DNA of 44,280 nucleotides from the NCBI GenBank assembly GCA_037442805.1, contig JBBIPO010000008.1, forward strand, positions 1 to 44,280. The letters are read 5' to 3'. The stretch's first letter is position 1, and each line of letters starts with the position of its first letter. The notes under the pieces are model-generated. The model had not been told where the DNA came from and made no database searches. It saw nothing but the letters and a program-made list of their open reading frames with translations. The position numbers and the translations under genes are program-made. Positions 37,708-44,280 of this stretch are shown here, one piece after another. Origin of the DNA: Deltaproteobacteria bacterium. GTDB taxonomy: Bacteria; Myxococcota_A; UBA9042; DTJE01.

Positions 37708-39579
37708 TCATTCGAGGTCGAAATAGAACTCGGCGCCCGGGGCCAAAGACGGCCGGTCCCCCATCGCGCGCACACCTCCGGTCAACAGGACGGAGCCCTC
37801 GAAGATCGAGCCGCGGATGCGGGTCGCCGCGTGTCCGAAACGCGGCTGGCCCAGGAGTCCCCTCCTCTCGACGGCCACGCGATCGCCGTCCAGCGTGAGC
37901 ACCAGGTAGGTGTTCAGCGCCGTGTTGTCGCGCAGTCCCCCGGTGACCAGCACCCTCCGCCCGTCCCTGAGGAGGGTCGCCTGATGGTACACCCGGCGGA
38001 GGTCCGACAGGTCGTCGTTGGACACCACGGATGCCAGATGAATTTCATGATTCTGGAAGTCGAATGTGAAGGCTAGAACCGTCGGATCCCCTCCTTCCGC
38101 CTGTCCGCCGAAGGTCCACACCCGGTTCCCCACCCGGACCGCCACGGCCCCGCTCAGGGCCTTCGGGATGCTCGCGTCCCCCGCGAGGACCGTGATGGTC
38201 TGGCTCGCGGCATCGAAGACCTCCGCGAAGGCCTGGCGCCCGCTGTCCGGTCCGTGGCCCCCGATGACCACATAGCGGGAGCAAAGTCCGGCGGCCTCCT
38301 CGTAACAGACGCCGGCCGGCGCCGCCCGGGGCGTCAGCCCTTCCATCGCGCGGCAGGCGAGGACCTTGTCCGCGGGGTCTTCTTCGGGCAGGGGGTCCGC
38401 GCACGCGAGCGTCCCCCCGGTCTCCAGCACGAACACGAAGGCGCGATCCCCCGGCTGGATCTCGGTGTCGGTCGCCTGGACCATCCCCGGGCGATAGAAG
38501 AAGGCCGGCGTTCCGGCCGGACCCTGAACGAGGGCGGCGACCCCGCCCGTGGCGGCGATGGGCAGGGCGTAGCGGGTCGCGACGTGCCTCGTCGCGTCGA
38601 GGAGGAAGGCGGTGGTCCTCGGCTCCACGGGGCAGGAGCCGGGCGAGGGGCAGGTGCGCTTCTCGGCCCGGAGGGCGGCTAGGACATGCTTGAAGCGGAC
38701 CGCCGGGACTCCTCCGAACAACCCCGCGATGTCCTGGGCTTCGTGCGCGGCCACCGCGGAGCCGGCCAGACCTTCGTCGAGGTTCGCGACAGCGGGGATC
38801 GCGAACAGGGACTTGTTCGCGTCGAACTCCTCCGTCCTGGGCGGGGACGAGGCGGACATCCCGGTCGCGTCCAGCGCGTCGTAGCCGCCGAGCAGCGTCA
38901 CGACCCCACCCGCGACCGACACGGCTGTATGAAAGGCCCGGCCGGCCTCGACGTTCAGGGGGAAGAGCGACGACAGGCGGCAGAATCCGTCGTCGCACAC
39001 CGCCAGGGGATGGACGCGGTACATCCAGCCCCCGGGGCAGTTTTCCGTCGCGTCGCAGGAAACCAGTTCGCGGCAGTAGGCGTCTTCCTCGCAAGGCAGC
39101 CCCGCGCCCGGGGGGTCGAGGTCCGGCCCCGGCAGCGGAAAGGCCGTGACCGCATCGCGGCGGTTCAACTGGATGTAGTAGAAGGCCTCCCCGGTCCCTT
39201 TCGCGGTGATGGACACGTCCCCTCGGACCCCGAGCGCGGACAGCGTCGCGCAGGCCGCGTCCGCGTAGCCCTCGAACACGATGGTATAGCCGCTGCCGAC
39301 CTTGACCCGGTTCAGCTGAAAGGCCAGGCTCGCCGCGAAGCACCCGGACTGAAAATAGGGCGAGTCGTTCGGCCAGTCCTTCGGCGCGCCGTGATAGAGG
39401 CGGATGCGATAATGCGTCACCGCGTTGTCGAGCAGGGGAGACGTCATGACCTGAAGCCGCAGAACGCCCTCGGCGTCCGCATCCGGGCCTTGCAAGACGG
39501 TCCCTGCGTCATCCGCGCAACCCGCCCACGCCCCGATGCACCCGACCAGAACCGCATGAAATACCGCGCGATACCGCAT
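37708..39579 (-). CDS. Kelch-repeat (galactose-oxidase-like propeller) lipoprotein
   Basis: Lipobox AWAG-C; Kelch blades RAFHTA...TLLGG, RVYHQATLL.DG.RVLVTGG, RFGHAAT...VLLTGG; Cys-rich linker. Confidence 0.75.
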   Translation of the reverse strand: MRYRAVFHAVLVGCIGAWAGCADDAGTVLQGPDADAEGVLRLQVMTSPLLDNAVTHYRIRLYHGAPKDWPNDSPYFQSGCFAASLAFQLNRVKVGSGYTIVFEGYADAACATLSALGVRGDVSITAKGTGEAFYYIQLNRRDAVTAFPLPGPDLDPPGAGLPCEEDAYCRELVSCDATENCPGGWMYRVHPLAVCDDGFCRLSSLFPLNVEAGRAFHTAVSVAGGVVTLLGGYDALDATGMSASSPPRTEEFDANKSLFAIPAVANLDEGLAGSAVAAHEAQDIAGLFGGVPAVRFKHVLAALRAEKRTCPSPGSCPVEPRTTAFLLDATRHVATRYALPIAATGGVAALVQGPAGTPAFFYRPGMVQATDTEIQPGDRAFVFVLETGGTLACADPLPEEDPADKVLACRAMEGLTPRAAPAGVCYEEAAGLCSRYVVIGGHGPDSGRQAFAEVFDAASQTITVLAGDASIPKALSGAVAVRVGNRVWTFGGQAEGGDPTVLAFTFDFQNHEIHLASVVSNDDLSDLRRVYHQATLLRDGRRVLVTGGLRDNTALNTYLVLTLDGDRVAVERRGLLGQPRFGHAATRIRGSIFEGSVLLTGGVRAMGDRPSLAPGAEFYFDLE

Positions 39580-39591
39580 GGGCGAACCTCC

Positions 39592-40542
39592 TCAATGAAC
39601 CGGCAGGGACGATGGATACAACGTCACGTCGCGGTCCGCGTAGGCCGGGTCCAGCGTGAACTGGGCCTGGCCACTGGCCGATGACGTCTTCCGGGAGGCC
39701 AGGACGACGGCCGTGGTCCCGGCCCCGATGACCACGGCCCCCACCGCGGTCCAGAACCACCACGTTTCGTAGAACGCGGTCTCCTGTTCCTCGCGTCCCT
39801 TCGTCGGAACGGGCCCGGCGGGGACCGGGACCTCCAGGGGGGTCAGGGTCAGGGCGAGGGCCACGGTCTGTCCCGGTTCCACCTCCACGGCCTGCATCTT
39901 CTCGTCGTAGCCCACGCGCGCGGCCCGGATCACGTAGCGCCCCTTCTTGAGTCTCAGCGTCACGGGCGAGACCCCCACGAAATCGCGGTCCACGTAGACG
40001 TCCGCCCCGGGCGGGGTCGTCTGCACATCCACGCGGGCCAGGACCGACTCGGGCAGGGGTTCCGGCCCCAGGACCTTCTCGAGGGCGAGGACCAGCAGAT
40101 CCGGCACCTTGTCGCGGACCTCCGTGCCACCTTCGGGCGAGCGCGTCTCCTTCGTCCGAACGTCCACGAATCGAATCTGGACCTGGAACCGTCCCTCCGC
40201 CTCAGACACCTCGGAGTACAGGACGGCATCCGCCCCGCGGGCGGCCCCGATCGTCGAGAGGCACTCTGCATCGAGGTCCACGCACTCGGCGTCCACCATC
40301 AGGTCCATGGGGTCCGTGTCGGGAACCGGGAGGACCTCCAGGGTCGGGTACTTGCGCAGTTTCTCGGACACCTGACCGGTCAGGCGGTCCAGTTCCTGGG
40401 GGTCCAGCCGGTTGCTCGTCACGCGGAGGGGAAGGACCTTCGTCCGGGGCCGTTCTTGCGCGCGAAGCCAGGCCGGGACGAGCCCGACGACGGCCACGAC
40501 GGCCACGATCGAAAATCCGCATCGTCCTCGACTCGGTCTCAT
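39592..40542 (-). CDS. secreted PEGA-domain protein
   Basis: Signal peptide; PEGA TTPPGADVYVD.DFVGVSP..L.LKKGRY.I...RVGY; FYETWWFW followed by a TM helix. Confidence 0.85.
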   Translation of the reverse strand: MRPSRGRCGFSIVAVVAVVGLVPAWLRAQERPRTKVLPLRVTSNRLDPQELDRLTGQVSEKLRKYPTLEVLPVPDTDPMDLMVDAECVDLDAECLSTIGAARGADAVLYSEVSEAEGRFQVQIRFVDVRTKETRSPEGGTEVRDKVPDLLVLALEKVLGPEPLPESVLARVDVQTTPPGADVYVDRDFVGVSPVTLRLKKGRYVIRAARVGYDEKMQAVEVEPGQTVALALTLTPLEVPVPAGPVPTKGREEQETAFYETWWFWTAVGAVVIGAGTTAVVLASRKTSSASGQAQFTLDPAYADRDVTLYPSSLPVH

Positions 40543-40572
40543 TGCGAACCCTCAAGGATGAGACTGTCGGGT

Positions 40573-40601
40573 ATAGTAGAGGTGACCTGGCGGGAAGTCA
40601 A
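40573..40601 (-). promoter_or_regulatory. sigma70 promoter for the PEGA-Kelch-DUF2723 operon, overlapping a + strand TATAGT
   Basis: The minus strand reads TTGACT, 17-bp spacer, TACTAT; + strand TATAGT at 40572-40577. Confidence 0.65.
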
Positions 40602-40605
40602 ACCG

Positions 40606-41469
40606 ATGCTCGCGCCAGAGGGGGAGAGACCCGCGAGGACGATCGGGGCTCTGGTCGCGGTGCCGGCGGCGGTCGTGGCCACATGGGGGGTCCTTTGGGG
40701 ACAGGGCTGCGCCTCGGCCACCGCGTACCTGAAGGGTCCGACGCCACCGGCGGCCTTGCCCGACCCGCAGGTGCGCCTCGTGGTCCGGGCGCGCACGGAG
40801 GATGGGACGTGGAGCGCGGGCCGGGAGGCCATCGAGACCCCACAGGGCAGGTGGAGCGAAACGCAGTTGGACGCCGGCGATGCGGGCCTCGAGGTGGCGG
40901 GAACCGTGACCCGCGTCGTCCGGGGCGTGGCCCCGCGCTTCGGATTCCGGTTGGAGGTCGAGACCCCGGAGCGGGGCGCCGTCTTCGAGGTGGCGACGTT
41001 TCGAGAGATGCCGGACCTCGACCTGCGACCGGGCGCGGCCGTGACGGTCGTGGCCCGAACCGAGCGTGGTCGGCTCCGCGCGCTGGTCCGCGATGACACG
41101 GGCGATGTGTTCAGGCTGATCGTGGGGACCGGGGTCCCGGGCCCTGCCGGCGAGGGGGAGTTCGAAGTGAACCTGGCGAGCCGCGAGGCCTACCGGGAGG
41201 TCCAGTCCGGCGGGGACCTGTGCCACCGGACCCTCGTGCACCGGGCCGCGCGCGTGCGGTGGAGACCAGCGGGGGGCGCGGGAGGTGGCGAGGAGGCCAC
41301 GCTCGACCCCGGCGAGACGCGCGTCCTCTGCGAGGAGCGGGGGACGTGTCGCCACGTCGCGCTCGCGGACGCCCGCGAGACGGACGAGCAGGAGTGCGGA
41401 ACCCCCGAGCCGCCGTACTGGGCCCTCTGGTGGTCGCGCGTGCCGGCCGGCACGGCGGTCAAGCCATGA
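40606..41469 (+). CDS. hypothetical lipoprotein/exported protein
   Basis: Hydrophobic N-terminus ending GQG-C; beta-rich; its stop overlaps the next ATG. Confidence 0.6.
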   Translation: MLAPEGERPARTIGALVAVPAAVVATWGVLWGQGCASATAYLKGPTPPAALPDPQVRLVVRARTEDGTWSAGREAIETPQGRWSETQLDAGDAGLEVAGTVTRVVRGVAPRFGFRLEVETPERGAVFEVATFREMPDLDLRPGAAVTVVARTERGRLRALVRDDTGDVFRLIVGTGVPGPAGEGEFEVNLASREAYREVQSGGDLCHRTLVHRAARVRWRPAGGAGGGEEATLDPGETRVLCEERGTCRHVALADARETDEQECGTPEPPYWALWWSRVPAGTAVKP

Positions 41470-43343
41470 CGCCCCCTTGGGGGATCGCTTCCGGGGACGG
41501 TCCCGCCGTTCACGAAGGCGCGCTGTGCGCGCAGGAGCGTGACCGTGGCCGTGACGGAGACAGAGTCCGTGTCCGTGACCGTGTCCGTTATCGTGACGGT
41601 GACCGTGTCGGTGTCCGTGTCCGCCTCGGAGTCCCTTCCGGACCCCGGTCCCCAGATCCCGGTCCCCGGTCCCCGGTCCCCGTGGGGACGCGAGCGCCTG
41701 CTCGCGTAGGGCCGCGCGAGCGCCCGCTCGCGCGCGGTAGCGCCGGCGCCTGCCCGCGCTCCGCCTCATGGCCCTGTCTTTTCGTCCTCGTGACACTGGT
41801 CGCGCCTTCCGCCGCCCTTGCCTACGGCTCGCGGACGCACCGGACCATCACGCATGAGGCCGTCCGGGCGGTCCTGACCTGGCCCGACGAGGAGGTCGCA
41901 TGCCCGGAGGACACCGACCTCGGGGCCTTCCTGCGCTGGCTGCACGGCCAGGTCGCCTCGGCCGGCACCCCGGACGCGGCGGAGTTCCGCCGCCGCTGGC
42001 CCGACGCAGCGGGCTTCGACGCCTTCGAGGCGAAGGGGTTTCTCGACCTCACGCGCGACCCGGGCGTCCGGGTGGCCGGCGTGGATTTCCTGCCGTGCGA
42101 CGACGATGGGACCGCGCTCGGACTGCTGGCGACCGAGTCGGTCCGGCCCGACGACGACGGCCGCAACCTTTGGCGTCTGGCCGTCGGCCCGGACCGCCGG
42201 CCCCTCGCGGGTCCGATCCCCGAGGACCCGATCGCCCTGGACCTGGGCGGGCTCGACGGGCTTGCGTCCCAGGCGCACGCGCACTACCTGCTGGCCGAGA
42301 ACCCGGGCGGGTGGCTCGCGCGGGGGGAGGTCGCGCCCAGGCTCACCGCGTCCCCGCTCGCACTGTGGCGAGACCCCGCCCACTTCGCGGTCGCCACCGC
42401 GGTGCCGGGGGGTCCCTTCTCCCTCGGCGCGGACATGGCGATGGAGCACCTCCTGCTCGCGCTCCTGGCGAGGGCCTGGCCGGACCCCGAGCGCGGGGGA
42501 GCCCACCCTCGCCGACCCCTTCCCGCGGCCAAGCGGTTGTCGCTCGCATTCCTGGGACACGCGCTGCACTACGTCCAGGACGCCTCCGACCCGTTGCACA
42601 CCGTCCAGGTGGGGGACCCGTGCGTGGTGTGGCACGGGATGTCGGGGTTTGTGTGGCGGGCGCTGCTGACCGCAGGGGGGTACACAGGGCCGCTCGCGGC
42701 GGCGACCTCGGCCATCGCGGACACGGTGTCGAACCTGCATCTGTGGACCGAGTCCTTCTGGGACGCGCAGGACGTGGTTCGCGGGAACCAGGGCTGGGCG
42801 CGGGCGTGGGGCGCGGTGGCGGCAGCCGGGCGCGGCGACCTCCAGGGGGCGTTGCTCGCGGCCTGGCGGGCCGCCGAGGCCGTCCGCCCGTGGGGACCTG
42901 CCCTCTACGACGCCGCCTGTCGGGCCGTGTCACCGAGGGTTCTCGAGTACGGGGAGGTCCTGAAAGACGGGGCGTTCGACGCGGAGGCCCTCCTGGACGA
43001 CGCGGAAGCCGGCCGGGAGGTGGCGCGCATTGGACAGGAGGCCGCCCTGGTCGCCCTGGCCGAGAGCGTCGCCCTGGTCCGGGCCTATGTGGTCCTGGCC
43101 CCGCGCATGGACGACCCCGACACGAGGCGCGAGGTCGCGGCCCTTCTGGCGACCCGGGTGCGGGCCATCGCCCAGCGCGAGGCCCGCCTGGCCGCGTGGA
43201 CGAAGGACCACCCGGACGGCGTGCCGCCGCAGGGGGAGCCGGTCCGGATCCCCGCGGTCCTGGTGCTGGAGGCCGTCGCGGTCTTGCTCGTGGCCTGGTG
43301 GGCCGGTCGCCAGGTCCGCCGGTCGCACCGCCCGTCCTTGTGA
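41466..43343 (+). CDS. zinc phospholipase C/P1-nuclease-fold protein, exported, with C-terminal TM anchor
   Basis: Signal peptide ALA-YGSRTH; LGHALHYVQDASDPLHT and NLH..E zinc-ligand motifs; C-terminal TM plus basic tail. Start is either ATG 41466 (ATGA coupling) or GTG 41682. Confidence 0.7.
   Translation: MTPPWGIASGDGPAVHEGALCAQERDRGRDGDRVRVRDRVRYRDGDRVGVRVRLGVPSGPRSPDPGPRSPVPVGTRAPARVGPRERPLARGSAGACPRSASWPCLFVLVTLVAPSAALAYGSRTHRTITHEAVRAVLTWPDEEVACPEDTDLGAFLRWLHGQVASAGTPDAAEFRRRWPDAAGFDAFEAKGFLDLTRDPGVRVAGVDFLPCDDDGTALGLLATESVRPDDDGRNLWRLAVGPDRRPLAGPIPEDPIALDLGGLDGLASQAHAHYLLAENPGGWLARGEVAPRLTASPLALWRDPAHFAVATAVPGGPFSLGADMAMEHLLLALLARAWPDPERGGAHPRRPLPAAKRLSLAFLGHALHYVQDASDPLHTVQVGDPCVVWHGMSGFVWRALLTAGGYTGPLAAATSAIADTVSNLHLWTESFWDAQDVVRGNQGWARAWGAVAAAGRGDLQGALLAAWRAAEAVRPWGPALYDAACRAVSPRVLEYGEVLKDGAFDAEALLDDAEAGREVARIGQEAALVALAESVALVRAYVVLAPRMDDPDTRREVAALLATRVRAIAQREARLAAWTKDHPDGVPPQGEPVRIPAVLVLEAVAVLLVAWWAGRQVRRSHRPSL
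41538..41683 (+). repeat. bipartite tandem-repeat element, copy 3
   Basis: 16 CGTGAC/CGTGTC-type hexamers 41538-41633, junction GGAGTCCCTTCCGG (41628-41641), then 6 [A/T]CCCCGG heptamers. Confidence 0.9.
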
Positions 43344-43351
43344 CCTCGGGG

Positions 43352-44176
43352 TCACTCCCCAGGCCGCCACCCGCGCTGGAGCAGGGACGCCACGTCCATC
43401 GTGACGGCCACGGCCGAGTGGATCGCCACGCCGCCCCAGATCGTGTTCGTGCGCAGGGACAGCACCCCGAGCACCGTGCCGGCCAGGATGGCGGCCAGGG
43501 CCTCCGCCATGGGTTTCTGGAAGTGGATCATGCAGTAGGGCACGACCATCGCGAACACGGCCATGGCACCCAGGCGCTCCTTCATCGCGTGGACCAGGTA
43601 TCCGCGGAAGAAGAATTCCAGGGCAAAGAATTGCAGACAATAGAAACATTCCCAGATCAGAAGGTCGAGGAGGCCGTCCGGGTCGTGATAGAACGGATAC
43701 GTGGCCTGGAACGCGCGGGTGTACGAGACCCCGGCGACCGCCACAACGACGGGCACGAACAGGACGACGTACGTCGGGAGATGCCGCACGAACCCGCGCG
43801 GGGACAGCCCGTACGCAACCAGAGGCTCCCGGAAGACCCCGCGGACCAGGGCCGCGGGGATGACGAAATAGAAGCACAGGCACCCGAGGGACCAGGCCAC
43901 GTGCCGGTACAGGGGCGCGAGGTCGAGCAGCCGTTCTTTCAACGGGCCGTCCGGTAGTCCGGAGGCCGCCTCCAGAAAGGCCCGGGCCACGCGCCCCTGG
44001 AACTCGCCGCTCAGGACCAGGAAGTTCATCAGGGTCAGCAGGACCGCGGCCGAGACCAGGGCGAACACGGCCTTGAACGCGGGGCGTCGCGGCCCGGACG
44101 GCGGCCCCGCCTGGAGCCGGTCCAGGGCCTCGAATGGCTCCCGGACCAGGAGGACGCGATAGGCTTCCCGCCACAT
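43352..44176 (-). CDS. CPBP (Abi/CAAX, myxosortase-like) intramembrane protease
   Basis: ALEFFFRG, MIHFQKP..E, IWGGVAIH motifs; polytopic. Confidence 0.85.
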   Translation of the reverse strand: MWREAYRVLLVREPFEALDRLQAGPPSGPRRPAFKAVFALVSAAVLLTLMNFLVLSGEFQGRVARAFLEAASGLPDGPLKERLLDLAPLYRHVAWSLGCLCFYFVIPAALVRGVFREPLVAYGLSPRGFVRHLPTYVVLFVPVVVAVAGVSYTRAFQATYPFYHDPDGLLDLLIWECFYCLQFFALEFFFRGYLVHAMKERLGAMAVFAMVVPYCMIHFQKPMAEALAAILAGTVLGVLSLRTNTIWGGVAIHSAVAVTMDVASLLQRGWRPGE

Positions 44177-44184
44177 CGCGGCGC

Positions 44185-44193
44185 AGTGTAGCA
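44185..44193 (-). promoter_or_regulatory. extended -10 element, probable leaderless start
   Basis: The minus strand reads TG-C-TACACT, 8 nt before ATG 44176, with no SD. Confidence 0.45.
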
Positions 44194-44280
44194 TCGTTTC
44201 CGACGCGACTCCGTGTCTTGTGGGTCCCCCTGGGGACGCGAGCGCGAGGAAGGGCTGCGTCTTGAAGTCCCATTTGAAGA

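Overview
GC-rich (about 70% by eye) bacterial chromosomal segment, probably from a Myxococcota/deltaproteobacterial-type organism. That placement is inferred from the PEGA and Kelch proteins, a Hanks-type Ser/Thr kinase, a Cys-rich Pal and a NIF-type Fe-S system. About 37 densely packed CDSs cover envelope genes (pal-cpoB, a separate tolQRAB, a large monofunctional transglycosylase, a beta-barrel OMP), housekeeping genes (maeB, mnmG, xseA, xth, der, arfB-like, nifU/nifS, msrA, ubiE/menG) and several secreted or membrane proteins. I saw no rRNA, tRNA, CRISPR array or transposase. The main unexplained signals are: (1) a dispersed family of bipartite hexamer+heptamer tandem-repeat elements with a conserved junction, sitting at gene 5' ends and in some cases apparently translated; (2) short synonymous AT-rich islets recurring roughly every 4-5 kb inside GC3-rich genes; (3) a PEGA / Kelch-lipoprotein / DUF2723 (TMEM260-like) operon near a GT2, a candidate protein O-glycosylation system; (4) a GH31 lipoprotein whose catalytic nucleophile Asp reads as Ala; (5) a truncated radical-SAM stub in frame with msrA. 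All product calls come from motifs recognised by eye; no database search was run.
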